A DNA stretch of 64,000 bases from positions 553 to 64,552 of the forward strand of contig JAHFGL010000002.1 in the NCBI GenBank assembly GCA_023247445.1, written 5' to 3'. The stretch comes from Candidatus Omnitrophota bacterium (GTDB taxonomy: Bacteria > Omnitrophota > Gorgyraeia > Zapsychrales > Zapsychraceae). Positions within the stretch are counted from its first letter, which is position 1. Each line of letters begins with the position of its first letter. The position numbers and the translations under genes were made by a program. The notes beneath the pieces were generated by a model. It was not told where the DNA came from and did no database searches. It was given only the letters and a program-made list of their open reading frames with translations. Shown piece after piece: positions 5,631 to 15,793 of this stretch.

Positions 5631-8489
5631 TTGAATCCTATCCAGGTGAATCCTTCTGTAGTCGTTAACGTTGATTCTTTTAAAATCTCGGAGAATTCGC
5701 AAAAGCTTATTTTTATTGATAGTAATCTTGGGTTACAGAGTGCCAATATGGATGGCCAATATATTGGTAGTATTAATGATACCGATAAAAGAACTAGTGA
5801 AGCCAAATTTACGCTGGCACAGGATCAAGCTATCTTTAAGTCGCTGAATAATCTTTTTGCCGTTAAATTAGAAGGAGGCGAGAATAAAAGATTGATCAAT
5901 AACCATTCTGGGTATGTTGCAGATTTTAAAATAGTTCCTTCTGATGTGCCTCAAACACCTTTTATGTATTTCTGTCTTAATAATCAAATTTTTAGAGAAC
6001 CATTACGGGAACCGTTTCAAATATTAAATGAGTTACAACTTACACCAAACAGCGAAACAGTCGCGTGCCAATTAGATAATTCTATAAAAGATGGAAACAT
6101 TTATTACATGTCCTTGGACCCTGTCGATGGTAGAGGTAATAATTTATATATGTTTTATGGTCCAGGAAGCAGTTTAATTAATGGCTCAGGAAGAGTTGAA
6201 AAGTTTGCGCTGACTCCTGATCTTTCAAGACTTGTTATGTTGGAAGGAAATTTGGCTGATCCAACTAAATTTGATATTTTAGTTCGCCATGTATCAGGTT
6301 CACCTCAATTTAGGCTCAATGCCGCCGCAACTAATATTGTAGAGAAATTTGATGCGTGGGTTGTTACGCCCGATTCAAAGAGAATAATTTATCAAGACAA
6401 TAATGCCTTATATGTAAGAAATCTCGATGATACAGCCGGAACAACTAAGGTCTTCTTATTAGGGAATCTGGCTAGTGTCGCGCAATACGCAAAGATTGTT
6501 GTAACCGCCGATTCATCCAAGATTATTTACGTTAAAGGGACGACGGCAGGGTATAGTCTTTATGCCAAAGGGTTAGATGGTTCGGCAGAACAAAAAATTA
6601 GTGGAGATATTAATATAGAAGGCAGTATTCTAAATTTTCAGGTTTCTTCGGATTCCAAAAGAGCTGTTTATCGAACAAGTAGAAATGTTCTTTATGCGGC
6701 CGAGATAGATGGAAGTTTTCAAACTAAAATCAACGCAGTTGAACATCCTGATATGAGAATTGCATCTGATTTTAGCATTTCTCCTGATTCTAAAAGGGTT
6801 GCTTATACGTCGTATCTTTTAGCGGTCGGCGGTTTTGGAGAAAATCAAACTTATAAAAAATCCATGCATACGGTGACTATTAATTCAGCTACAGTCACAC
6901 AACCTAATGCAGCCCCAGTTTGGCGTACAGTGCAGAATCAAACCAGTATATTTGGGCAGGGCAGTGTAATTTCTATACCGGTGAGTGATGAGGATTCAAG
7001 ATTATCTATAAATATCACCGCTCGTCACCGTACACGAACTGATTTACCGGCTTTGGATAGGATATATTATACGACTGCGAAGGAGTTTCCTTGGCCTGCA
7101 ACAGCCGAAGTTGGAGTATGGGATGTGACGGCAACGGCTGCAGATGCTGGCGGGTTATCCGCAACATCGAATCCTTTTACAGTTACGGTCATACAGCCCA
7201 ACCGCCCACCGGAATTTACAGATTCTACTCCTATTTCTCGAACGGTAGAGGCTGGGAAACCGATGGCTACCATTATCTTGCCGGTTAGTGATCCAGATGG
7301 AGACATTTTAGAATTTTTGGAATATTCTCCAGTAGGAACGCTCCCATCTAATAATTGCTTATTTCCAATATTTAGTAAATCAGCAACGACGCCGGTTCAA
7401 TACAAAGTTGATTGGACACCATCAACTTTGGCTTGTAATCCTGGGAACTACACCTTTAAGGTTCTCATGAGAGACCCAAGTGGGTTACCTGTGACCTCTC
7501 CAGATATTACAATCACGGTCACACAACCTAATCGTGCACCGGAATTTACAGATTCTACTCCTATTTCTCGAACGGTAGAGGCTGGGAAACCGATGGCTAC
7601 CATTATCTTGCCGGTTAGTGATCCAGATGGGGACATCTTAGAATTTGTGGAATATTCTCCAGTAGGAACGGTCCCGTCTAATAATTGCTTATTCCCAGTA
7701 TCTAGCAAATCAGCAACGACGCCGGTTCAATACAAAGTTGATTGGACACCATCAACTTTGGCTTGTAATCCTGGAAACTACGCCTTTAAGGTTCTTATGA
7801 GAGATCCTGGTGGGTTAAGTGTGGCTTCTCCAACCATTACAGTAACTGTAACTAATCCTCCTAAAACACCCGAGGTGACTATTAATGGAACGCTCGTTAA
7901 TGGAACTAAGTTTACAGCCAGCACAGTGACTGTGAGGGGTAGTTTTATTACCTCTACTAAAGTTGCGACTGGTTTTCAAGGGTTTTCCGACAAAATAACA
8001 GAAGGTAGCCCTGATGGTGCGATTATTAAAAATTGGACAAGCCTTCCAGGAAACGCGTCCCAATTCGTAAATATAGCTATTACTGCATCAGGATTTACTT
8101 CTAATCTTGTTTCGGGTAGTAAAACTTATTATCTTTCCGTCAAAGCGCAGGATCGTATGGGGATTTATAGCAGTGTTGGCTCCGCAGCGTTTAAGGTTGA
8201 CGCCGTTAAGCCAAATGCTCCCCTGATTAATACGTTAAGACCTAGTAGTGTTTCTTCAATAACTGCCCAATGGACAATTCCCACGGATATGCCATCAAAT
8301 GGCTCGGGCATTGCCGGGTATGAGTATGAATTGTATAAAGGGTCAACCAGGGCCATACCTCTTACCTCGATAGGTGTTAATCAAAAAATCTTTACAGGGT
8401 TAAGTCGAGGAGCCTACACCTTGAGAGTACGAGCAATCGATAAGGTAGGTAATGGAAGCGATTTTGTAAGTAGAAGTATAACATTGTAA
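5631..8489 (+). CDS. giant secreted protein with PD40 (TolB-like) beta-propeller repeats, 2x tandem Ig/cadherin-like (He_PIG-like) domains and fibronectin-III-like domains
   Basis: Repeated SPDSKRVAY, TPDSKRIIY and SSDSKRAVY motifs; two ~110-aa near-identical PxFTDSTPISRTVEAGKP...DPDGD modules; a C-terminal FN3-like region. The track start 5631 is an alternative start; the true N-terminus is probably at 5276 with a frameshift. Confidence 0.8.
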   Translation: MNPIQVNPSVVVNVDSFKISENSQKLIFIDSNLGLQSANMDGQYIGSINDTDKRTSEAKFTLAQDQAIFKSLNNLFAVKLEGGENKRLINNHSGYVADFKIVPSDVPQTPFMYFCLNNQIFREPLREPFQILNELQLTPNSETVACQLDNSIKDGNIYYMSLDPVDGRGNNLYMFYGPGSSLINGSGRVEKFALTPDLSRLVMLEGNLADPTKFDILVRHVSGSPQFRLNAAATNIVEKFDAWVVTPDSKRIIYQDNNALYVRNLDDTAGTTKVFLLGNLASVAQYAKIVVTADSSKIIYVKGTTAGYSLYAKGLDGSAEQKISGDINIEGSILNFQVSSDSKRAVYRTSRNVLYAAEIDGSFQTKINAVEHPDMRIASDFSISPDSKRVAYTSYLLAVGGFGENQTYKKSMHTVTINSATVTQPNAAPVWRTVQNQTSIFGQGSVISIPVSDEDSRLSINITARHRTRTDLPALDRIYYTTAKEFPWPATAEVGVWDVTATAADAGGLSATSNPFTVTVIQPNRPPEFTDSTPISRTVEAGKPMATIILPVSDPDGDILEFLEYSPVGTLPSNNCLFPIFSKSATTPVQYKVDWTPSTLACNPGNYTFKVLMRDPSGLPVTSPDITITVTQPNRAPEFTDSTPISRTVEAGKPMATIILPVSDPDGDILEFVEYSPVGTVPSNNCLFPVSSKSATTPVQYKVDWTPSTLACNPGNYAFKVLMRDPGGLSVASPTITVTVTNPPKTPEVTINGTLVNGTKFTASTVTVRGSFITSTKVATGFQGFSDKITEGSPDGAIIKNWTSLPGNASQFVNIAITASGFTSNLVSGSKTYYLSVKAQDRMGIYSSVGSAAFKVDAVKPNAPLINTLRPSSVSSITAQWTIPTDMPSNGSGIAGYEYELYKGSTRAIPLTSIGVNQKIFTGLSRGAYTLRVRAIDKVGNGSDFVSRSITL
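7190..7850 (+). repeat. near-identical tandem duplication (2 x 330 bp) inside the giant gene, encoding two He_PIG-like domains
   Basis: GGAATTTACAGATTCTACTCC... occurs at 7211 and 7541 with about 95% nucleotide identity over ~250 bp. This also duplicates antisense ORFs 7067-7306 and 7448-7708. Confidence 0.85.
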
Positions 8490-8544
8490 AAAGTGATTGC
8501 TCGATGTCTACAAAGATTCAAAATAGGAGATCCGGGATTTTTTC

Positions 8545-9420
8545 TCAGCGATACGTCCCGCTCCAAAGTTCCTGCAGAAAATTTTTGTAGGGAATGATTT
8601 CAATATTTTTAATACGTCGTCGTTTTTTTCTAGGGATACACACACGTAACGTTTCAAATTTTTTTTCTGATAGAATGGCTAATGACTTGAGGTCTTGAGA
8701 AGTTATATTATTTTTGGCCTTGACTTCAATGGCCGTGTGATCACCCAGAATAAAATCCACCTCAAATCCTGAAAGAGATCTCCAGTAGTGGAGAGGCTCA
8801 GCTATTTTGTAATCCCGATAGGCCATCAGTTCATGCATAAAGAATGTTTCCAAGGCTTCGCCAAACTCAGGGCTTCCCGGAGTAAAGGTGCGGTTTTGTA
8901 AGATCCTCGCCAGGCCAATATCAAGAAAATAATATTTTGAGGATACAATGGGCTTCCGTTTTTTAGGTTTATCCCAAGCGGGAAGTTCATGCAAGATCAA
9001 GGTGTCTTTTAAAATTTCAAAATATTCATAAACGGTGGTTCGCTTGACCTGGGCGTCATTGGCAAGATTAGTGAAATTGACAATCGTTGAGTTACAAAAA
9101 GACACTGTTTTTAAAAAACGACTGAAAGCGGGAATATTGCGCACCGCGGCTTCGGCAACAATCTCTTCTTGGAGGTAAGATCCTGCATAGCTTTGAAGAT
9201 CAGTTTGCGGGTCTTCTGAAAAATAAATAGAAGGAAGAAGGCCACGATTAAGCGCTTTGGATAAATCAAAATGTTCACCGAGTTCATAATCCCTTCGGAT
9301 ACAATTATCGTGCAGAATATTGATAAGCTTAAAGTGATGGATTAAATCACTTTTAGGACTTTCGCGTTTTTTGGGATAAAGAACAAAATTATCGTAATGG
9401 AAATTTGTGTGGATCGAGCG
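8545..9420 (-). pseudogene. DUF4143-family AAA+ ATPase, 5'-truncated remnant lacking Walker A
   Basis: The C-terminal 199 aa (ORF 8545-9144) match DUF4143. The frame stays open 92 more codons upstream to a stop at 9421-9423 with no ATG/GTG/TTG. Expected length is ~400 aa, and the missing part would overlap the MFS gene end. Confidence 0.6.
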
Positions 9421-10636
9421 TTAGTTGGCGTAGCTTCGGCGCAAGGATGGTTGTTGCAGAAACAACAAGTAAGGTTATAACGCCTCCAACCCAAACGCAA
9501 GGAATTGTTCCAATGAGATGCGCAACAAATCCACTCTCAAAGGCCCCAATTTCATTTGAAGCTCCAATAAAGATCCATGAGACTGAGGCGACTCGCCCTC
9601 GCATATGATCTGGTGAGAAAAGTCGAACCAATGATCGTCGGATTATCATGCTAACCCCATCAAAAATTCCGCTAAATAATAGCGCAACAAATGATAGCCA
9701 GAAATTTTTGGAAAAGGCAAAGATAATGATGCTAATTCCAAAACCAGCTACACAAATTAATAGATTGCGTCCGGCACGGCGAATTGGTGGATGGTGAGTT
9801 GAGACAAGCATAATAACAAGTGCGCCAATCGCTGGAGCCGCATTAAGGATTCCTAATCCTTTGGCTCCAACATGAAGAATGTCGGTGGCAAAAATTGGAA
9901 GAAGGGCCATCGCGCCACCGAAAAGGACAGCAAATAAATCAAGCGCCATTGAGCCAATCAAAATTTGTTCGCCAAAGACAAATTTTAATCCAACGGCGAT
10001 ACTGGTAAAGATGGATTCACCACGCGTGATCGTTGGTGTCGGTTTTGGTTTAATAAAGAGCATACAAAACCATGAAAGACCAAAGACAAAGGCGATGATC
10101 ATGTACGTGATTATTGGTCCAAAGAGTTCATAAGAGAAACCAGCTAAAACCGGTCCAATGACAGAACATGAAAGCCAGGTGCTGCCGATCCAAGAGGCGG
10201 CGTTGACGGTGAGTTCCCGAGGAACAACTTGGGCTTCAAAGGCGGTTGTGGCGGGATCTGCAAAGCCTCGGGCGATTCCAGCTAAAAAAATTACACCATA
10301 CAGCGCTAAGACGCTTGCGGCATCGGCATCACGCGAAATTATCGCGAGCAACAAGGCACAGATTACGGAAACTATTCGAGCAAGCAAAAGAATTAATCGC
10401 CGATCAGTGCGATCCGCAACATAGCCACCTAAAAGCGATAAAGAAATAGCTGGAATCGCCTCAACTAATCCCAACCATCCTAAGGCCAGTGGACTTTTGG
10501 TTAATTGATAAATTTGAAAGCCGATGACCACAGCGACGGCACGGCTGGCCAAGGTAAAGAGGGAGATGGATCCTAAAAATAATTTTACTTCAGGAAGTCT
10601 TAAAGAAGCTAATGGGTGATGGTTAGTGTCGGTCAT
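9389..10636 (-). CDS. MFS transporter (12 TM)
   Basis: 415 aa, hydrophobic throughout, with MFS-like motifs (GYVADRTDRR after TM2). Confidence 0.8.
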   Translation of the reverse strand: MTDTNHHPLASLRLPEVKLFLGSISLFTLASRAVAVVIGFQIYQLTKSPLALGWLGLVEAIPAISLSLLGGYVADRTDRRLILLLARIVSVICALLLAIISRDADAASVLALYGVIFLAGIARGFADPATTAFEAQVVPRELTVNAASWIGSTWLSCSVIGPVLAGFSYELFGPIITYMIIAFVFGLSWFCMLFIKPKPTPTITRGESIFTSIAVGLKFVFGEQILIGSMALDLFAVLFGGAMALLPIFATDILHVGAKGLGILNAAPAIGALVIMLVSTHHPPIRRAGRNLLICVAGFGISIIIFAFSKNFWLSFVALLFSGIFDGVSMIIRRSLVRLFSPDHMRGRVASVSWIFIGASNEIGAFESGFVAHLIGTIPCVWVGGVITLLVVSATTILAPKLRQLTLDPHKFPLR

Positions 10637-10733
10637 AATGTAATTAAGGACTGTAGTATATCATCGACTACTTGTCAATTCTTTGGAAATCAGATAATAT
10701 CAGTCTTCAGGATTTCTTAAAAAGGTCATTTAT

Positions 10734-12341
10734 ATGTTTTATTATCTTGCCATTATCGTTATTGCCTTTTCCCTCTATCTTAAGAGTTTATTTTTTGGTT
10801 ATAGCTATTCAGACGACAATATTTGGATATTGAATCATTACTTTATCCTTAAAGATTTTTCTTATCTTCCGCAGTTTTTTACCCAGCCCGATTTCGTTGG
10901 ACATATTTTTTATCGTCCCATCCTTTGTCTCTCCTTTATGGTAGATGCACATTTTTATGGAACAGAACCTTTGGGGTATCATCTTACCAATATTGTGATG
11001 CACGTTATTAGTACGGGGTTACTTTTTATCATTTTAAATAAATTGCATTACAACAAAGAGATAAGTTTTTTGATGAGTCTTATTTTTCTTGTCCATCCGG
11101 TTTTAACCAATGCTGTTGTCTGGATTCCAGGGCGAACAGATTCGCTTTTAGCTATGCCGCTTTTATCGTCGTTTATATTGTTTATGGAGTATGTGGAAAA
11201 ACGGAAGATTGTTTATTTGTTAGGTCATTTTCTTTTATTTATTGTTGCCCTTCTAACAAAGGAATTGGCCGTTATTCTTCCTGTCATTTGTTTTCTGTAC
11301 ATTGTATTCATTGAAAAAGCAGGGAGCATCTTTACAAAAAATAAATGGATAATAGGTGGGTGGATCTTAAGCGTCGGCGGATGGCTTTGGGTTAGAACAT
11401 TAATTTTGAAACACGCCTTGGGAAATGGAGTAAGTCCGAGTCTGGCGATTAAGACAATTTTATCTAATGGGTCAGCATTTCTTACCTATTTAGGAAAAAT
11501 TATTTTTCCTATCAATCTTTCGGTGAGCCCTATTCCGGTCGATATGAGCCTTATCTATGGCGTTATTGCTGTGATTATTTTGAGTTCGCTGTTAATCGTA
11601 TCAAAACATAAACGTAACAATTATATCCTTTTTGGCATGAGCTGGTTTGTTGTGTTTTTAGTTCCATCTTTTGTGATCAGCTATGTGAAATATGAATATA
11701 GAGTTTATCTTCCTATGATTGGATTATTAATTGTATTTCTTGAGCTAGAGTTAACTTATTGGTTTCAAAAGGCTAAATTGTTTTGCGTGGGCGCTTTAAC
11801 CTGCATCATTATTTCGTGTGCGATTGTTTCTTTTAACTATAGTGATAGTTATGAAAATGGAGTTAAGTATTGGCAAAATGCAGCTAAGAATTCTCCACAT
11901 TTAGCCTTGGCTCATCGTAATTTAGGGGCGATGTATTATTTGGCGAATGATTTAGATCAAGCCCAATTAACTTATGAGAAAGCTTTAGAAGTTAATCCCA
12001 CAGAGCCCATGGTTCATAATAATTTAGGACTTATTTATGCACGGAAGAAAATGTTTAAAGAAGCTGAACGAGAATATGTTTTAGAGATTAACAACAATCC
12101 TCGCTATCCAAATTCTTATTATAATTTAGGATTAATGCGGTATTTTGAAAATAAATCTAATGACACCGTCAAATTGTGGAATAAAACTTTGGAGTTAGAC
12201 CCGAATTTTATCGATGCGTATGTTAATTTGGCAAAATTATACGCAAGCGTCGGTCAATTGGACAAGGCCAAATTTTATATTCATCAAATGCAGCAAAAAG
12301 GGATGGCTGTTCCTGCAGGTTTGTTGGAAGTTTTAAAATGA
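10734..12341 (+). CDS. integral-membrane TPR-repeat protein, TMTC/PMT-like putative glycosyltransferase
   Basis: N-terminal multi-TM region with YRPILCLSFMVD...HLTNIVMH; C-terminal TPR repeats (HRNLGAMYYLANDLDQAQLTYEKALEVNP ...). Confidence 0.6.
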   Translation: MFYYLAIIVIAFSLYLKSLFFGYSYSDDNIWILNHYFILKDFSYLPQFFTQPDFVGHIFYRPILCLSFMVDAHFYGTEPLGYHLTNIVMHVISTGLLFIILNKLHYNKEISFLMSLIFLVHPVLTNAVVWIPGRTDSLLAMPLLSSFILFMEYVEKRKIVYLLGHFLLFIVALLTKELAVILPVICFLYIVFIEKAGSIFTKNKWIIGGWILSVGGWLWVRTLILKHALGNGVSPSLAIKTILSNGSAFLTYLGKIIFPINLSVSPIPVDMSLIYGVIAVIILSSLLIVSKHKRNNYILFGMSWFVVFLVPSFVISYVKYEYRVYLPMIGLLIVFLELELTYWFQKAKLFCVGALTCIIISCAIVSFNYSDSYENGVKYWQNAAKNSPHLALAHRNLGAMYYLANDLDQAQLTYEKALEVNPTEPMVHNNLGLIYARKKMFKEAEREYVLEINNNPRYPNSYYNLGLMRYFENKSNDTVKLWNKTLELDPNFIDAYVNLAKLYASVGQLDKAKFYIHQMQQKGMAVPAGLLEVLK

Positions 12342-12444
12342 TCATCGTCAATGGTCGTGGCTGCGATCAAATAATCAAATCTTGCATAAAGCCCCAACCC
12401 AAGCTAAAATCGAACATTCTAAGAAGCTAAAAATTTAGGACATT

Positions 12445-13497
12445 ATGAGTAAAAATAATCATTTATATGTTGTTATTTTAGCGGGTGGGTCGGGCACGCG
12501 GTTTTGGCCGCTGAGCAGGCGTCATAAGCCGAAACAGTTTTTGAATATTATGGCGGATGGGACGTTACTTGAGAAAACCATCGAACGTGTTTTGCCCATT
12601 GTTGATCCTCGCCAAATTTTGATCGTTACCAACGCGGCGTATAAGAAAGATATTCTCAGTCATGCCCGCAATGTTGGTATTCCTGATGACAATATCTTTT
12701 GGGAACCTTCTGGAAAGAATACTGCCCCGGCAGTTTTATGGGCGGCAACCGCGATTCATAAGCTTGACCCATCGGCGGTGATGGTCGTTCTGCCTTCTGA
12801 TCATTTGATTTTAAATAGTATTGAGTTTCTTCAGGTTTTAGGTAAGGCTGATGCGTTGGCCAGGGAAAATTATTTGGTGACGCTTGGCATTGTGCCAACG
12901 CGGCCGGATACAGGCTTTGGATATCTAAAGACGAAGAAATCAAAAGATAAAAAAGTTTTGATCGTTGAAAAGTTTACAGAAAAACCAAATTTAGCCAAGG
13001 CCAAGCAATTTCTAAAGAATAAAAACTATTTTTGGAATAGTGGGATGTTTATATGGAAGACTTCTGCGATTCTTGGCGCATTTGAAAAATATTTGCCGCA
13101 GGCTTATCGTTTGATGGACCAAAATATTAATAACGTTAAACGTGTATGGCCCAAGCTGCCCAGCATCTCAGTTGATTACGCTATTCTAGAGAAGGCCACC
13201 AACGTCGCCGCGGTTGCCGCCCCAAATATTCAGTGGTCAGATGTGGGAAGCTGGGAATCGTTGGCCGATGTGCTTGCCAAAGATCAATGTGGCAATATTC
13301 ATCGTGGAGAAGTGCTTGCGCTCGACTGTCAAAACACACTTATTATTGGACACGAAAAGCTCATCGCCACGGTTGGCCTGAAAGATTTTATTGTCATTGA
13401 TACGAAAGATGCGTTACTTATTTGCCCCAAAAATGCCTCACAAAAAGTAAAGGACATTGTTTTAACCCTCCAGCGTGATAATCCAACGTTAACTTGA
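12445..13497 (+). CDS. manC: mannose-1-phosphate guanylyltransferase
   Basis: VILAGGSGTRFWPLSR...KQF N-terminal nucleotidyltransferase motif; 350 aa. Confidence 0.85.
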   Translation: MSKNNHLYVVILAGGSGTRFWPLSRRHKPKQFLNIMADGTLLEKTIERVLPIVDPRQILIVTNAAYKKDILSHARNVGIPDDNIFWEPSGKNTAPAVLWAATAIHKLDPSAVMVVLPSDHLILNSIEFLQVLGKADALARENYLVTLGIVPTRPDTGFGYLKTKKSKDKKVLIVEKFTEKPNLAKAKQFLKNKNYFWNSGMFIWKTSAILGAFEKYLPQAYRLMDQNINNVKRVWPKLPSISVDYAILEKATNVAAVAAPNIQWSDVGSWESLADVLAKDQCGNIHRGEVLALDCQNTLIIGHEKLIATVGLKDFIVIDTKDALLICPKNASQKVKDIVLTLQRDNPTLT

Positions 13498-14585
13498 CGA
13501 TGAGTTTTAAAGAAAATCCCCCTCAGAAGATTTTGATTATCAATATTTTTGGTATTGGTGATGTTTTATTTACCACGCCACTTATCAGCAATTTAAAGGC
13601 TCAGTATCCAAATATCAAAATCGGATATCTCTGTAATCGTCGGACAGAATCGGTTCTGCGAAGTTACTCTAAGGTTGATCAGGTTTTTGTCTACGAGCGC
13701 GATGAGTTTAATCAGCTTTACCGTAAGTCCAAAATTGGTTTCGTCAAAGCCATGCTTGAATTTTGGCGAACGATTAAAAGAGAACGTTATGATGTGGTGA
13801 TTGATGTTTCGTTAAGTAGTTTTACTTCGTTTTTTACGTGGGCCATTGGTATTAAGGAACGCATTGGATTTAATTACAAAAATCGTAGTCGATGGTTGAG
13901 TAAAAAAATTAATTTAGAAGGATACGAAGGTCGGCATGTGGTTGATTATTATTTGAGCTTGCTCGATGATTTAGGTGTTGCCAGTAAGGTAAGAGATTTA
14001 GAAATTCCTATTTCTATCCAAGATGAGGAATGGGTCGGGTCGTTTTTAAAGAATAATAAAATAGCGGATAAAAAATATCTTATTGGTTTGGTTCCTGGCG
14101 GCGGCGCAAGTTGGGGAAAGGATGCGATCTACAAGCGTTGGGCGCCGGCTAATTATGCGAAATTAGCCGACAAAATGATTGAAAAATATGCGGCCGTTAT
14201 TATACTGGTTGGAGATCAGAAAGAAGAGGCGCTTTGTCGTGAAGTTTCTCGCCTCATGCAGCATCCTTCGTTGGTCGTCTGTGGACAAACCACTATCAGT
14301 CAATTCGGGGCGCTTGCTAAAAAAAGTTCTTTGATGGTTTTAAACGACGGTGGACCGCTGCACATGGCGGTGGCCGCTGGCGCTAAAACTATTTCCATTT
14401 TTGGACCGGTGGATGAAAAAGTGTATGGTCCTTATTCAAGTCAAGGAAGGCATGTGGTTGTTACTAAAAATTTGCCGTGTCGACCCTGTTATAGGCAGTT
14501 TCGCCGCGCGAGTTGTACACATATCAGCTGTCTTCAACAAATAACCGTAGAGGATGTTTTATCCCTCGTTTCATTAGATTTGTAA
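13494..14585 (+). CDS. glycosyltransferase family 9 (LPS heptosyltransferase-like)
   Basis: ILIINIFGIGDVLFTTPLI and a C-terminal GPLHMAVAAGAKTISIFGP motif; overlaps manC (ATGA). Confidence 0.8.
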   Translation: MTMSFKENPPQKILIINIFGIGDVLFTTPLISNLKAQYPNIKIGYLCNRRTESVLRSYSKVDQVFVYERDEFNQLYRKSKIGFVKAMLEFWRTIKRERYDVVIDVSLSSFTSFFTWAIGIKERIGFNYKNRSRWLSKKINLEGYEGRHVVDYYLSLLDDLGVASKVRDLEIPISIQDEEWVGSFLKNNKIADKKYLIGLVPGGGASWGKDAIYKRWAPANYAKLADKMIEKYAAVIILVGDQKEEALCREVSRLMQHPSLVVCGQTTISQFGALAKKSSLMVLNDGGPLHMAVAAGAKTISIFGPVDEKVYGPYSSQGRHVVVTKNLPCRPCYRQFRRASCTHISCLQQITVEDVLSLVSLDL

Positions 14586-14688
14586 TATATAAAATAAATT
14601 AGAAAGACGAGGGATAATACCGCGCTCTTCTAAAATTAAATGTTGCAAATATTTTGAAGCGCGGTATAGGAAAGGTAGAGCAATTGTT

Positions 14689-15792
14689 ATGAACGTTCCA
14701 TTTATAGATTTTACTGAGCAATATCAGTTAATTAAAGATGAAGTTAATAGCGGTTTAAAAACCGTTTTTGAAAAAGCAAATTTTATTCTCGGCAAAGAAG
14801 TTGTCGATTTTGAAAATCAATTCGCCCGTTACTGCGATGCCAAATATGGCGTCGGGGTAAACTCTGGAACGGACGCGCTATATCTGGCGATGGCCGCCCT
14901 TAATCTTGAACCGGGGGATGAAGTAATTGTTCCTTCATTTACCTTTATTGCCACTGCACTTTGTGTTTCTTATACTGGTGCGACTGTTGTTTTTGCTGAT
15001 ATTGAAGATGAGACCTACAACATTGATCCTGTCAAATTAAGCAAAATTATTACCAAAAAGACAAAGGCCATTATTCCTGTTCATATTTACGGTCAGCCGT
15101 CGAATATGAAAGAGATTATGATTTTGGCCAAGAAAAATAAAATCACAGTTGTTGAAGATGCCGCTCAGGCGCATGGCGCAACATATCAGGGGAAAAGAGT
15201 AGGCGCGCTTGGCGACATTTCTTGTTTTAGTTTTTATCCAACGAAAAGTTTGGGCGCATTTGGTGATGCGGGCATGTTAGTTACAAACGACGAAAAGATT
15301 GCCAGGACCGCCGAGATGTTACGCGATTATGGTCGCAGCAGTCGCTATGATCACAAGGTTAAAGGTTACAATTCTCGAATGGATACGATTCAGGCGGTTG
15401 TCCTTTTGGAAAAATTAAAACATTTGGATGGATGGAACAAGATGCGTAACGACGCAGCGGCTTATTATTGTCAGCTATTAAAAGGCGTCAAGGCCGTTAC
15501 GACCCCAACGATTAAGTCAGATCGAACCCATGTTTTTCAAACGTTTGCAGTTCGTGTGAAAAATCGCGACAAGGTTGTGGAATCGCTTAAGAAAAAAGGA
15601 ATTAGCGTTTTGGTTCATTATCCGATTCCACTTCACCTTCAAGAAGCGTATGCAGATTTGGGTTACAAACGCGGCGATTTTCCTGTTTCTGAAAAAATCT
15701 CTAATGAAATTCTTTCATTACCGATGTATCCACATATTAAAAAAGAACAGATTGAATATGTCTGTGACTCTTTAAAAGAATTGGTTAAATAA
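14689..15792 (+). CDS. DegT/DnrJ/EryC1/StrS-family PLP-dependent sugar aminotransferase
   Basis: GDEVIVPSFTFIAT, the DAAQAHG motif, and the PLP lysine context SFYPTKSLGAFGDAG. Confidence 0.85.
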   Translation: MNVPFIDFTEQYQLIKDEVNSGLKTVFEKANFILGKEVVDFENQFARYCDAKYGVGVNSGTDALYLAMAALNLEPGDEVIVPSFTFIATALCVSYTGATVVFADIEDETYNIDPVKLSKIITKKTKAIIPVHIYGQPSNMKEIMILAKKNKITVVEDAAQAHGATYQGKRVGALGDISCFSFYPTKSLGAFGDAGMLVTNDEKIARTAEMLRDYGRSSRYDHKVKGYNSRMDTIQAVVLLEKLKHLDGWNKMRNDAAAYYCQLLKGVKAVTTPTIKSDRTHVFQTFAVRVKNRDKVVESLKKKGISVLVHYPIPLHLQEAYADLGYKRGDFPVSEKISNEILSLPMYPHIKKEQIEYVCDSLKELVK

Positions 15793-15793
15793 T

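Noticed and set aside
7067-7708. Minus-strand ORFs 7067-7306 and 7448-7708, plus 7091-7288(+) and the 7815-8356(-) set, inside the giant gene
   Set aside because: They are antisense or out-of-frame products of the duplicated 330-bp repeat. Near-identical pairs arise only because the repeat is duplicated.
8545-9144. Treating ORF 8545-9144(-) as an intact 199-aa gene
   Set aside because: The 'start' is GTG within a frame that stays open 92 codons further upstream without any start codon. Homologs are ~400 aa with an N-terminal P-loop. It is called a truncated remnant.
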